Positions 10,026-20,091 of a stretch of DNA of 64,000 nucleotides are shown piece by piece. Position 1 is the stretch's first letter; each line of letters starts with the position of its first letter. The stretch comes from a virus. The stretch spans positions 84,825-148,824 of IMG/VR virus record IMGVR_UViG_3300035665_003403; one strand, 5' to 3'. Below the pieces are notes generated by a model. That model worked only from the letters and a program-made list of their open reading frames with translations. It was not told the origin of the DNA and searched no databases. The translations under genes were made by a program, and so were the position numbers.

Positions 10026-11135
10026 ATGAAAAACCAATTACTAAACTTAATTGAAAAATTAGAGAATAAAAATTTTAACATTTATTTTTTTACTCTAGAC
10101 ACTAAAGGTGTTGCAACAGCAAGTGTTGCCAACATTTATGAAAATGTTAAAATCCTAAATGAATTAGGGTATAAAGCAAATATATTACACGAAAAAAATG
10201 ACTATAAATTTACTGCTGATGAAAATGGTGGTGGTTTATCAGATTGGTTAGGTGAAGAATATTGCTCACTCCCACACGCATCTATTGAGGGTAAAAATAT
10301 CAATATCAACGCTGAAGACTTTATTATCATCCCAGAAATATTCTTTGGTTTGATGGACCAATTAAAGGGGTTCCAATGTAAGAAGATTGTTTTCTCACAA
10401 GCTTATGATTATATATTAGATATGATTCCACCAGGTAAATCTTGGAATGTGGATTGTGGTTTTAATGATGCTATTACAACATCAGATAAACAAGCCGATT
10501 ACATCAAATCATTGTTTCCATCAGTTAGAACACACATCATTCAACCATCAATCCCAAGTTATTTTAAATCTAGTGATAAACCTAAGAAACCAATCATCTC
10601 TATTGTGTCTAGGAATCAATCTGATATAACTAAGATTGTTAAATCCTTCTATTTACAACACCCAATGTATAAATGGGTTACATTTAGGGAATTACGTGGG
10701 TTAAGTAGAACTGATTTTGCCAAGGCATTAGGTGAGTCTTGCTTGGCTGTTTGGTTGGATACAGCATCTGGTTTTGGTACATTCCCATTGGAAGCAATGG
10801 AGTGTGAAACACCAGTTATTGGCTTACTTCCAACTATGATACCAGAATGGTTAGAAACAACAAATACTGATGGCGAGGTTACTATCGCTAACAATGGGAT
10901 TTGGACAAACACAACATTAATTATTCCAGAATTGATTGCTAAGTTTATGAAAGCTTGGTTAGAAGATTCTGTACCAGCATATCTTACAGATAATATGAAA
11001 CTAACAACAGGGATTTATACCTTGGATAAACAAAAATCTGAGGTTGAAAGAGTTTTCAATACTCTAGTTACAAATAGAGTTAATGAATTAAAACACTTAC
11101 TTCCTGTTGAAGAACCTAACGAAACATCAATTTAA
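10026..11135 (+). CDS. GT-B (GT4-like) glycosyltransferase
   Basis: SGFGTFPLEAMECETPVIG (GT4-type nucleotide-sugar binding region); IIIPE motif. Confidence 0.78.
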   Translation: MKNQLLNLIEKLENKNFNIYFFTLDTKGVATASVANIYENVKILNELGYKANILHEKNDYKFTADENGGGLSDWLGEEYCSLPHASIEGKNININAEDFIIIPEIFFGLMDQLKGFQCKKIVFSQAYDYILDMIPPGKSWNVDCGFNDAITTSDKQADYIKSLFPSVRTHIIQPSIPSYFKSSDKPKKPIISIVSRNQSDITKIVKSFYLQHPMYKWVTFRELRGLSRTDFAKALGESCLAVWLDTASGFGTFPLEAMECETPVIGLLPTMIPEWLETTNTDGEVTIANNGIWTNTTLIIPELIAKFMKAWLEDSVPAYLTDNMKLTTGIYTLDKQKSEVERVFNTLVTNRVNELKHLLPVEEPNETSI

Positions 11136-11138
11136 AAT

Positions 11139-11669
11139 ATGTTTTCATTTATAAAAAACTATATTAGTAAAATAACTAATAAGATTAAGTTATTTTTTAA
11201 ACCTAAAAAAATTGATGTAAAACCTAAAACTAAAGAACAAATTTTTAACGAAAGGGTAATAAGATTAATTAACGAAGGTAGGGGATATGAATTTGATGGT
11301 AATAGAATTCATTTTGATGAAATTTTTTTAAAAGATTTGAAGATATCCGCAAACAAATATAACTCCTATATCAGGCTTAGACCCAAATTAACTAATTTCG
11401 ATGTAATAATAAATCATAATTCTGAATTAAATCCAGATAATCCAACCAATGAATTATTGGTTTACAGAGATAAATTAAATTCAGATTTAATGCTTAAAGC
11501 AAATTATCGTAACAAAATGAAATACGATAAAATAATAAAAGATATGAATAATGATAGTATAAATAGTAATAGGATAATTAATGAGATAAATAGTAATGAG
11601 ATAAATATCAATAGGTACTATAATCATCCATTTCTAAATCTAAATAATGAAAATAAAAAAGAAGAATAA
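11139..11669 (+). CDS. Hypothetical protein with Asn/Ile-rich low-complexity tail
   Basis: ORF fills the gap between two GT genes; short DNA repeats (ATAAATAGTAAT) near the 3' end. Confidence 0.55.
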   Translation: MFSFIKNYISKITNKIKLFFKPKKIDVKPKTKEQIFNERVIRLINEGRGYEFDGNRIHFDEIFLKDLKISANKYNSYIRLRPKLTNFDVIINHNSELNPDNPTNELLVYRDKLNSDLMLKANYRNKMKYDKIIKDMNNDSINSNRIINEINSNEININRYYNHPFLNLNNENKKEE

Positions 11670-12466
11670 TGAAAAAAGAATTTACAATATCTATAGTAAT
11701 CCCAGTACATGAATTAACTGATATTACAAAAAAAACGCTTGAATTAGCTTTAAAAAGTGTTGAAGCACAACAAGTACAACCTAATGAATTAATTATTGTG
11801 GCACCCAAAGATTCTGAAGTCATAACATACTTAAATTCATTACCAGAGTCACCCCTATCAACTATTACTAAGATTATTGAGAATGATGGTAATACTGATT
11901 TTGCCTCACAAATTAACCTAGGTGTTAAATCAGCAACATCTGATTGGGTTAATATCTTAGAATTTGATGATGAACTAGCTAACATCTGGATTAAGAATGT
12001 AAAACAATACGCAACAGCATATGAGGATTGTGATATATACTTACCAATAGTAATAGATGTTAACACCAATAATGAATTCCAGGCTTTAGCCAATGAAGTT
12101 GTTTGGGCTAATAGCTTCTCAGATGAACTAGGTATTCTAGACCACAATGCATTATTAGCTTATCAAAACTTTAAAACGGATGGTATGGCGATTAAAAAAT
12201 CAGTTTTTGAAGAGTTAGGTGGACTTAAGAGTAACGTAAAATTAATGTTTATGTATGAGTTTTTGTTAAGGGCTACATTTTTTTCAAAAAAAGTTATGGT
12301 TATACCAAAATTTGGTTATAAACACATTAATATGAGGGATGGTTCATTGTTTCATACTTACAAACAAACTATTGACCCAGCAGAGGCTAGATGGCTTTTA
12401 TCTATGGCTAAGAAAGAATTTTACTTTAAAAAAGATAGAGATATAACGTATATCACAACTGCTTAA
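11669..12466 (+). CDS. GT2 family glycosyltransferase
   Basis: ISIVIPVH, NLGVKSATSDWVNILEFDD. Confidence 0.8.
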   Translation: MKKEFTISIVIPVHELTDITKKTLELALKSVEAQQVQPNELIIVAPKDSEVITYLNSLPESPLSTITKIIENDGNTDFASQINLGVKSATSDWVNILEFDDELANIWIKNVKQYATAYEDCDIYLPIVIDVNTNNEFQALANEVVWANSFSDELGILDHNALLAYQNFKTDGMAIKKSVFEELGGLKSNVKLMFMYEFLLRATFFSKKVMVIPKFGYKHINMRDGSLFHTYKQTIDPAEARWLLSMAKKEFYFKKDRDITYITTA

Positions 12467-12467
12467 T

Positions 12468-13181
12468 ATGCCACCAAAAAAGAAACCAACAAGTTCTGGA
12501 AATTATTTTGGTGAAAAGGAAGAATTGGCTGTAATTAAACTATTAAGTAGTACAGAAATTAACGAAAGAAGTAAAATTTATAGTGAAGAATTAGTGTTAC
12601 CTATCAATAAAATGATTGAATCCATTATTAGAAAATATAAACTATATAGTAAATTTGATTCATTTGAGGATGTACATGCTGATACAGTATCTTTCTTGAT
12701 TACCAAAGCACATATGTTTGACCACAATAAAGGACATAAAGCATACTCGTATTTAGGTACGATATGTAAAAACCACTTATTAGGTATGGTTGATTCAGAA
12801 AACAAAAAAATAAAAAGAAATATTTCATATGAAGATATTTCTGAATCAATAGAGGATGATGAAAAATTCTCATACACCATTGATTCAAATGGTAAAACAA
12901 TATCGGAAACTATAAATAATTTAATCAAACAAATTGAAATAGAAATCGATAAGGATAGTGGTAAGAAAAAATTAAGTGAAAATGAAATAAAAGTTGGTTT
13001 TGCATTGATTGATATCCTTAAAAATTGGGATAACATATTTTCAACACCTAAACCAGACCACAAATATAATAGATTATCGGCACTTGAAACAATGAGGGAT
13101 TATACTAACTTATCAACAAAAGATATTAGAGTTGCAATGAAAAGATTTAAAAATATTTACCAATTATTGAAGTTTTCTTAG
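12468..13181 (+). CDS. Phage late-transcription sigma factor (T4 gp55-like)
   Basis: NYF...KMIESII..Y.....ED...D....L.....FD......AYSYLGTICKN pattern of gp55-like sigma region 2. Confidence 0.7.
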   Translation: MPPKKKPTSSGNYFGEKEELAVIKLLSSTEINERSKIYSEELVLPINKMIESIIRKYKLYSKFDSFEDVHADTVSFLITKAHMFDHNKGHKAYSYLGTICKNHLLGMVDSENKKIKRNISYEDISESIEDDEKFSYTIDSNGKTISETINNLIKQIEIEIDKDSGKKKLSENEIKVGFALIDILKNWDNIFSTPKPDHKYNRLSALETMRDYTNLSTKDIRVAMKRFKNIYQLLKFS

Positions 13182-13220
13182 TAAAATCAATATTCTTGGA
13201 TATTTATAAATAAAAATACT

Positions 13221-13604
13221 ATGCCAAGGAGAGTAAAACAAAAAATAGAATTAAATAAACTTGATAGCCTAGGTGGGTTAGCACAAGAAATATATAATGA
13301 TGCATGTTTACAAATAAAAGATGCACAAGGTGGTATTGATGTACTAACCACTTCAACACTACCAACAGATGTAATTGACCACACAAATATAGCCAAGGAA
13401 AAAGCAAATTTCCTTAAGGTTAAAGATTCAGCTATAAAAATAAAATTAGAAGTAGCTAAATTACAACGAGATATCATACAAAATAATGGTGATACTGATA
13501 AGGTTATAACAGAAAAAACTGGTGGGGCAACTGCCGATGATTTTTCTGAAATTAGAGAAATGTTGAAAAATGGTGGTATGAATAAAAATTTAATTGAAGA
13601 CTAA
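13221..13604 (+). CDS. Hypothetical late protein (coiled)
   Basis: Preceded by TATTTAT at 13201-13207. Confidence 0.7.
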   Translation: MPRRVKQKIELNKLDSLGGLAQEIYNDACLQIKDAQGGIDVLTTSTLPTDVIDHTNIAKEKANFLKVKDSAIKIKLEVAKLQRDIIQNNGDTDKVITEKTGGATADDFSEIREMLKNGGMNKNLIED

Positions 13605-15013
13605 TGGCAATTATTGACAAAAAAAAGAAAATTTTTGGTGACATTGCAGCCGCTAAAACAATTGTGGATGGGTTACCAAAGTTAAAATTATCTTCATCAT
13701 TTGCTTCAATAACTAATGGTGGTGATTCAATTTCTTTTTTGAGTGATTTATTAAAATCGTTAGTTGGTTATGAAAAACTTAATGATATTATAGTTGATTT
13801 ATTAACTTACTCAATAAATGAGTTAGATTTAACCCTAAAACAATCTATAAAAAATGAATTAAAGTCAATTGTAAATTGTGGTTTAAACCCAAGTATACCA
13901 AGCTATATGTTGTATGGGTCAACTGGAGTTATTACCCCAGTAAAAAAAATAGATTATTTTAATAAGATGTTAACCTCACCAAATAGTTTGGTTGGTTCAT
14001 TAATTTATAAAGATATATCCAATGGATTATCTAGTTCTGATTTCAACACTTTTTTATATTATACAATACAAAATAATGGTACACCACAAAACTGGGGATT
14101 AACCAATAATGGTTTTGATTTATTATCGATTCAATTTAATCAAATATCAACACCAAATAACTCATTAAAAATAACAACATCACAAAATTATGTTGGGTCG
14201 TTAACCGATTTAAATAACTCATATGTTGATAGCTTAAAATTAATCAACACTGAAGGATTATTATTCAATATCCTAGATAATATATTTGGTACCATGTCTA
14301 ACACAATAAATAAAAGTGTTATACAAATAGAAAATGAATTAAGATTAAAAAATATCGTATCGAATATTATTGATAATGATGATGAGGATGAGTCGAAATC
14401 AATATTCGATATAAACACACAAAATATCGAATCTAAAGCCAATTCAATTAAGAATGGTACAAACACATTAAATCTTAATACAAACGTAACCACAAGCATA
14501 CCAATAGACTTATTATCTGATTTAAATTCGTCATTGAATTCAGTTACACAATTAAATGATAAAAAGAATGTATTAACAAGCGGAATAAACTCAATAGGTA
14601 ACACACTAAATAATTTTACTAATAAACCAAATGATGATAAAGCAATAAAATTGAATTTTATTCAAGATATGATTAACCAAATAACCAAATCTTTAACAAA
14701 TGTTATTCTATCACCACCAGTTGTTACAATATTTTTAATAAATTATAAGATAATGTATGGTCAAAATGCCGAATATGTTGATGGGGTTGATTTTTTAAAA
14801 CAAAATAAAACTCTAATTTCAACAATAATCGATAACATTAGAGATTCAATTAGTAAAAAATTATTATCGATTGTTTTAAAAGAAGTAACTAGATTAGCCG
14901 CTGAATCAGCTTTTAATATAGAAACTGAAAAAATAAAAAATAGGTCTGGTCAAATACTTAGTTTAGTTGGTGTACCACAAGATATCATAAGACAAATTAG
15001 TGGATTAATATAA
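13604..15013 (+). CDS. Hypothetical virion/baseplate-region protein
   Basis: Long ORF in late operon, S/N/I-rich. Confidence 0.6.
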   Translation: MAIIDKKKKIFGDIAAAKTIVDGLPKLKLSSSFASITNGGDSISFLSDLLKSLVGYEKLNDIIVDLLTYSINELDLTLKQSIKNELKSIVNCGLNPSIPSYMLYGSTGVITPVKKIDYFNKMLTSPNSLVGSLIYKDISNGLSSSDFNTFLYYTIQNNGTPQNWGLTNNGFDLLSIQFNQISTPNNSLKITTSQNYVGSLTDLNNSYVDSLKLINTEGLLFNILDNIFGTMSNTINKSVIQIENELRLKNIVSNIIDNDDEDESKSIFDINTQNIESKANSIKNGTNTLNLNTNVTTSIPIDLLSDLNSSLNSVTQLNDKKNVLTSGINSIGNTLNNFTNKPNDDKAIKLNFIQDMINQITKSLTNVILSPPVVTIFLINYKIMYGQNAEYVDGVDFLKQNKTLISTIIDNIRDSISKKLLSIVLKEVTRLAAESAFNIETEKIKNRSGQILSLVGVPQDIIRQISGLI

Positions 15014-15441
15014 TGAGTGAAAAAATTATTTCAAAAAATAAAGGTATTGGTTCTATAAATAATATTATAAAAACCATTTCAGCTGCATTCAAAACACAAG
15101 AAAAACCAATAGCACCACTACCACCACCATTAATATTAAGTGGTGCTAATTTACGTGTTGGATTAAGTTCAAAAGCTATTGCTGGTAGAGTTATATCCAG
15201 GCTATCTGAAGCTGGATTACCAGTTGGTGATGTATATGCTGATGGACCAAATACATTTGAAGCAGCACTAACAATAACAATTGAAGAAATAATATCAGCC
15301 ATGTTGACTGAAGCTAAAGTTGAACTTGTTATACCACCTGGAACCAATGTAACAACAGTTGGATTAGGAAATTTAGGTATACCAGTAATATCTCAAGGAG
15401 CAACAACAAATATGGGTGTTGGTAATGGAGTTATAAGATAA
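15013..15441 (+). CDS. Hypothetical virion protein (possible spike-tip-like C-terminus)
   Basis: Translationally coupled; Gly-rich beta C-terminus ending GNGVIR. Confidence 0.55.
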   Translation: MSEKIISKNKGIGSINNIIKTISAAFKTQEKPIAPLPPPLILSGANLRVGLSSKAIAGRVISRLSEAGLPVGDVYADGPNTFEAALTITIEEIISAMLTEAKVELVIPPGTNVTTVGLGNLGIPVISQGATTNMGVGNGVIR

Positions 15442-15444
15442 GTT

Positions 15445-15633
15445 ATGAATAAATTTGAATCTAAAAACAACAACGAAATACTATTCGAAATTAAGAAAAT
15501 GGAAATCGAACATGAAAGTATTAAACAAAAAATGCTTAAAGACCATGATAGATTAATTGAGGTTGAAAAAGATTTTATTGAAGCTAATATCATTTTAATG
15601 AGTAGACTTAAAGCTAATGGACGGAAAATTTAA
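15445..15633 (+). CDS. Small coiled-coil protein
   Basis: In operon, overlaps next gene. Confidence 0.6.
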   Translation: MNKFESKNNNEILFEIKKMEIEHESIKQKMLKDHDRLIEVEKDFIEANIILMSRLKANGRKI

Positions 15634-16579
15634 TATAAACAAACCAAACCCATATCAGTCACATGGTATCCCAAATATATTAGATATAGGTGAAGTTATT
15701 TCCATTGATGACCCAGATGGTACTGGTAGAATAAAAGTTAGAGTAAAGGGGTCAGCTAATTTAGGTGGGAATGATTCGCAATCAACTGATAACATAAATT
15801 TTGCATTCCCATTACTACCCAAATTCTTTCACTCACCAATAAAAAAGGGTGAGGCTGTATTTGTCATGTCATTATCAATCGATGATAAACATACAAATAA
15901 ATTTTATATTGGACCAATTATTTCTCAACTTCAGAAATTACCAAATGACCCATATAATTTTTCAGCTTTTGCTGGTCTTGAGAATAAATTCCAAGGCCCA
16001 GACTCTAATGTTAATACTATACCAGAATTAAATGGTGTTTTCCCAGAAACTCAAGACGTTATTGTTCAAGGAAGAAAAAACGCTGACATTTTATTTAAAG
16101 ATAGTGAAATATTAATAAGAGCTGGTAAGTATTTGAAGAAAATAAAAGATGACAATAACCCATTTGATTTTTCTTTCAATAATAAAACACAAGCCTTTAT
16201 TCAATTAAAGGATAATGTTAAAGTAGATGTTGATAAAGATAATACCCCTATCATGGGTTCTATAGTCAACATAGTTTCAAATAAAATTAACCTATTATCA
16301 TACTCAAAATCACAAATATTTAATATTCCAGTACCAGATGGTATGATTTCAAATGAAACTATGGAACAAATATTAGAAGAAGCTTATAGAGTCCCAAAGG
16401 GTGAAATATTAATAGAGTATCTTGAATTAGCTGAAGCAGCATTGTTATACCATTACCATAATGGTACAACACCAACAGACCTTAAAGGGGATGGAAACCA
16501 AAGCCCAGTTGAAAATTTCAAAAAATTAGGACCAAAATTAAGACAAATTATGTTATCGGATAACGTAAGGATAAATTAA
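15617..16579 (+). CDS. Baseplate hub/spike protein (gp5/VgrG N-terminal OB-fold)
   Basis: GEVISIDDPDGTGRIKVRV...P..GEAVFV; HYHNG near C-terminus. Confidence 0.75.
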   Translation: MDGKFNINKPNPYQSHGIPNILDIGEVISIDDPDGTGRIKVRVKGSANLGGNDSQSTDNINFAFPLLPKFFHSPIKKGEAVFVMSLSIDDKHTNKFYIGPIISQLQKLPNDPYNFSAFAGLENKFQGPDSNVNTIPELNGVFPETQDVIVQGRKNADILFKDSEILIRAGKYLKKIKDDNNPFDFSFNNKTQAFIQLKDNVKVDVDKDNTPIMGSIVNIVSNKINLLSYSKSQIFNIPVPDGMISNETMEQILEEAYRVPKGEILIEYLELAEAALLYHYHNGTTPTDLKGDGNQSPVENFKKLGPKLRQIMLSDNVRIN

Positions 16580-16584
16580 ATATT

Positions 16585-17322
16585 TTATTTACCTCTATTT
16601 AAATTACCCTCATATATAACACCATTTATTTCTCTTGTTGTTGCCCATAGGGGTCTTAAGTTAGATAATGCGTTTACAACAGATGGTAAACTATCTTTAT
16701 CAAATTCACAAACTTTCTTGATGTGGTCAACATGCCATTCACCATGATTATCCCAACTCATACCTTCAGTAAATAAAGATGATATATGATTTTTAAGTTC
16801 TAAAGCTGAATAACCTAGTAAATCAATAGTTTTACCGTTTTTACTCATGCCGATTCTCCTTAAAGCTGACCTCAAAACTTCTCTCCAAGCAAACACATGT
16901 GGGTTCATTTTTTTTATTTTTACCATAGATTTCCTACGAGTTTCTTTTAATTTTTCTGGATTTAATTCACAATATTTTTTTTGATAATCCTTTATTTTTT
17001 CTGGATTTGATTCACGATATTCTTTTTGTTTTAATAAAATAGTTTCTTTGTTTTCGTTATATTGTTTAATCCCATTTTCTTTAATCTTTTTTGAGTTAGC
17101 TTCACGATATTTTTTACTATATTCACGTATTTTCTCTTTATTTTTAATTTTATGTTTATGATAAGCATTATTTCTACTTTCTTTTACTTTTTCTGGATTA
17201 TTTATACAATATTCTTTACGTTTTAATAAAGTTTTTTGTTTATTTTTTTCGTAACTTTTTTTACTTTTTTTACGCTGAGCTTCTTTCTTCTCTTCTTCTG
17301 TAAAATACTTTTTTACACTCAT
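16585..17322 (-). CDS. HNH/EndoVII-like homing endonuclease with Lys/Glu-rich repeats
   Basis: GMSWDNHGEWHVDHI...ALSNLRPLW; N-terminal Y(R/C)E.NPEK repeats. Confidence 0.85.
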   Translation of the reverse strand: MSVKKYFTEEEKKEAQRKKSKKSYEKNKQKTLLKRKEYCINNPEKVKESRNNAYHKHKIKNKEKIREYSKKYREANSKKIKENGIKQYNENKETILLKQKEYRESNPEKIKDYQKKYCELNPEKLKETRRKSMVKIKKMNPHVFAWREVLRSALRRIGMSKNGKTIDLLGYSALELKNHISSLFTEGMSWDNHGEWHVDHIKKVCEFDKDSLPSVVNALSNLRPLWATTREINGVIYEGNLNRGK

Positions 17323-17324
17323 GA

Positions 17325-17486
17325 TTATTTACTTGTCATATCTTCTTTCATTATTAATCTTATACGTTTACTCATTGAGTACCCATTTTTATCGCAAAAA
17401 AGTTTAAACTCATCTTTAAATTCTTTTGTCATTCTTATAGGAAATATTTCATCCATTTCATTTTTATAAATTCTTGGTCTTGCCAT
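17325..17486 (-). CDS. Small ribbon-helix-helix-like DNA-binding protein (53 aa, not in ORF track)
   Basis: MARPRIYKNEMDEIFPIRMTKEFKDEFKLFCDKNGYSMSKRIRLIMKEDMTSK*; TATTTAT at 17503-17509 (-) upstream; abuts the HNH start. Confidence 0.7.
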   Translation of the reverse strand: MARPRIYKNEMDEIFPIRMTKEFKDEFKLFCDKNGYSMSKRIRLIMKEDMTSK

Positions 17487-17588
17487 ACTATTTTGTTTAT
17501 ACATAAATATACAAAATATTTTGAAAAAATAAAGTTAATGAATAATTTATTTATAAGTTTATAGATATTTATAGATAAATCAATAATC

Positions 17589-18989
17589 ATGGTAATAAGA
17601 ACATTCTTCAGTAAGAATAACACTATAATTAATAACAGAAACATCAATACTGGAAGAAATCCGATAGTTGAATTATATTTTGGAGGTACTGATGCTACAA
17701 ACACATTTAGTAGATTCATATTTAATTTTGACGTAGAGCGACTTAAATCACTTTATACTGGTAATACATTCACTGACCTAACTAAATTAACACACACACT
17801 TAAATTAACCAATACGGGTTCTTTTGATACAGGTCTTTTAAATGGTAATTTCCAAGAAAAAAATAGAGCATCGTCTTTTGATTTAATTCTATTTAAGATA
17901 CAACAAGATTGGGATGAAGGTGTTGGTTATGATTATGGGACATCAACACCAATATTAGGTGAAAACCCAACTTCAGTTATCCCATCAAATTGGGAACAAG
18001 CACAAACAGGTGTGTTTTGGTCTGGTGGTACGGGTGTTTATTCTGGCTCACCAAGTGGAATTACAATAACAACACAACACTTCGATTTAGGTAATGAAAA
18101 TATTAATATGGATATCACTGACTATATCAATGGTGTTATTACTGGAAATACACATCATGGTTTAGGAATTGCATTTCCTAGAGGTACTGAATTAACTCAA
18201 ACTTCATCACCTAATTATGTTGGATTCTTCACCAGACATACCCAAACATTTTATGAACCGTATATTGAAACAATTTATTCTAATCACATAACGGATGACA
18301 GAGATGATTTCTATTTAGATAAAAGAAATAAATTATACCTATACGTCAATTTATTGGGTACACCAACTAATTTAGATTCATTACCAACAGTTTCAATATA
18401 TGATAATAACGATACATTACTTATTTCAGGAAACACCGTAACTCACATTACCAAGGGTGTATACGCAACAGAATTAACAATATATAGCTCAGCTTCAACA
18501 ATAAATGATATCTATACTGATAGATGGAGCAACATAGTCATCAACGGCATTCAAAGACCATCAATTGATTTATCTTTTTCTTTAAAAGATAGCTTAGGTT
18601 ATTATAATATTGGTGATAACAACATGCTTCCAAAAGAAGTATCTATTATTGTGTCTGGAATAAAAAGTAACGAAAGAATAAAACGTGGTGACACTAGAAA
18701 AGTAATCCTATTAACTAAGATACCATACACTGTAAACCAAACTCAGAAAATAGATTCTATAGAATATAGACTTTTCGTTAAAGAAGGTAACAATGAAATA
18801 ACTGTAATAGATTATCAACCAGTTGAATTGGCTAATAATCACTATTATTTCTTATTGGATACACAAAGTTTAATTCCTAATACTTATTACATTGAATTTA
18901 AAGTGGAAACCAATCTTGTGGTTAAGACATTGAATAATGTGTTTCAATTTGAAATAACAAGCCAATCATTATCCAGAAACTCACAATGA
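17589..18989 (+). CDS. Virion structural protein (DNRLRE/CBM-like plus Ig-like domains)
   Basis: SRFIFNFD, QDWDEGVG, MDITDYI; T/G-rich; TATTTAT at 17566-17572. Confidence 0.6.
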   Translation: MVIRTFFSKNNTIINNRNINTGRNPIVELYFGGTDATNTFSRFIFNFDVERLKSLYTGNTFTDLTKLTHTLKLTNTGSFDTGLLNGNFQEKNRASSFDLILFKIQQDWDEGVGYDYGTSTPILGENPTSVIPSNWEQAQTGVFWSGGTGVYSGSPSGITITTQHFDLGNENINMDITDYINGVITGNTHHGLGIAFPRGTELTQTSSPNYVGFFTRHTQTFYEPYIETIYSNHITDDRDDFYLDKRNKLYLYVNLLGTPTNLDSLPTVSIYDNNDTLLISGNTVTHITKGVYATELTIYSSASTINDIYTDRWSNIVINGIQRPSIDLSFSLKDSLGYYNIGDNNMLPKEVSIIVSGIKSNERIKRGDTRKVILLTKIPYTVNQTQKIDSIEYRLFVKEGNNEITVIDYQPVELANNHYYFLLDTQSLIPNTYYIEFKVETNLVVKTLNNVFQFEITSQSLSRNSQ

Positions 18990-19165
18990 TAAACTCAATT
19001 AAAATTCTATTCATACTAACAATTCTATTATTTACACCATCATATTGTGGTAAGAAAAAACAAGAAAGAAAAGTCAAAAAAAATTATGAATATGATATCA
19101 AAAAACAAATCAAGAAGCATAATCAACCAAAAAGAAAAGTTATTGAGAAAAAAATAACTATTTGA
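18986..19165 (+). CDS. Small secreted/lipoprotein-like basic protein (59 aa, not in ORF track)
   Basis: MINSIKILFILTILLFTPSYCGKKKQERK...; ATGA overlap with the upstream stop. Confidence 0.5.
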   Translation: MINSIKILFILTILLFTPSYCGKKKQERKVKKNYEYDIKKQIKKHNQPKRKVIEKKITI

Positions 19166-19201
19166 TGTTGACTATTTTTTAAATTAGTTTATATTTATTT
19201 C

Positions 19202-19281
19202 TGTACATTAACAAATACCCTATCGGTTTTGAGCCTTAATAAGCTTTAGAAATGTGATTTATTGCATTGAAGAAATCGGTA
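19202..19281 (+). ncRNA. Structured 5' leader (three-way junction) plus 5' arm of a long-range stem
   Basis: P1 19221-19230/19272-19281 (10 bp, 3 G-U), P2 19231-19246, P3 19251-19257/19262-19268; 19202-19216 pairs with 20076-20090. Confidence 0.6.
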
Positions 19282-19309
19282 AAATAACAAAAAATTAAAA
19301 ACGTTAAAA

Positions 19310-20068
19310 ATGTATTACAACAAAACAATTGAGCTTAACCAAGCTCCAAGTGTTAATCTATGTATTAACAAATCTAGATTAAAAATCTACAACAAAAATA
19401 ATTATTACCTTAAAGATGGTACCGAATTCAGCATTGAATTATTCAACCCTCTACGAGAATCGATTCTATGTAAGATTTACTTAAACGGTAAATCAATATC
19501 ATATAGCGGTCTTGTCCTTAAACCAGGACAAAGAGTTTTTCTAGAAAGATTCATTGATTCACCTAAGAAATTCTTATTTGAAACTTACGAAGTGGATAAT
19601 AACTCAACAACCAAAAATGCTATTGCTGAAAATGGTGATTTAAGTGTTGAGTTTTATTTGGAATCTAAACCAATCGTAGATAAGTGGTATTCTTATTCAT
19701 CATATATTGACCTGTCGAACTACAATTCTGGAACCCCATTTAATTTATATAATTCTAATATTGGAACTGGTAGTTTAAATTCTGGTTCTTATGGTAGTGT
19801 CGTATCAACCAATTACTGTTCAAACGTAAACTCAAATAAAATAGAAACTGGTAGAATTGAAGAAGGTTCTAACTCTAATCAAAAATTTGTTTCATCAAAT
19901 CAAAGTTTTGATATACTTCCATTCAATCTTCAATCATTTAAATTACTTCCATTAGAATCAAAATTTGTTACTTTGAAAGACACATTTGTTAAGCAATATT
20001 GTGTAAATTGTGGACATAAATTGAAACACACATATAAGTTTTGCCCATCATGCTCAACTAAAGTATAA
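19310..20068 (+). CDS. Beta-rich domain plus C-terminal zinc-ribbon protein
   Basis: YCVNCG...FCPSC at the C-terminus; FSIELFNP..., GLVLKPGQRVFLERF, IETGRIEEGS. Confidence 0.8.
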   Translation: MYYNKTIELNQAPSVNLCINKSRLKIYNKNNYYLKDGTEFSIELFNPLRESILCKIYLNGKSISYSGLVLKPGQRVFLERFIDSPKKFLFETYEVDNNSTTKNAIAENGDLSVEFYLESKPIVDKWYSYSSYIDLSNYNSGTPFNLYNSNIGTGSLNSGSYGSVVSTNYCSNVNSNKIETGRIEEGSNSNQKFVSSNQSFDILPFNLQSFKLLPLESKFVTLKDTFVKQYCVNCGHKLKHTYKFCPSCSTKV

Positions 20069-20091
20069 TCATAAAATTTGTTAATGTATAT

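Noticed and set aside
11555-11612. Short ATAAATAGTAAT / AATGAGATAAATA repeats
   Set aside because: In-frame low-complexity Asn/Ile tail; too short and degenerate for an array or origin call
13221-13604. Small terminase subunit
   Set aside because: Size and late promoter fit, but no recognisable motif and far from terL; left as hypothetical
19221-19281. Hammerhead ribozyme
   Set aside because: Lacks the CUGAnGA core and correct GAAA/UH placement
19202-20090. Flanking inverted repeats as IS/MITE ends
   Set aside because: No transposase or target duplication seen; repeats lie inside promoter and terminator and extend by G-U, so kept as an RNA hypothesis instead
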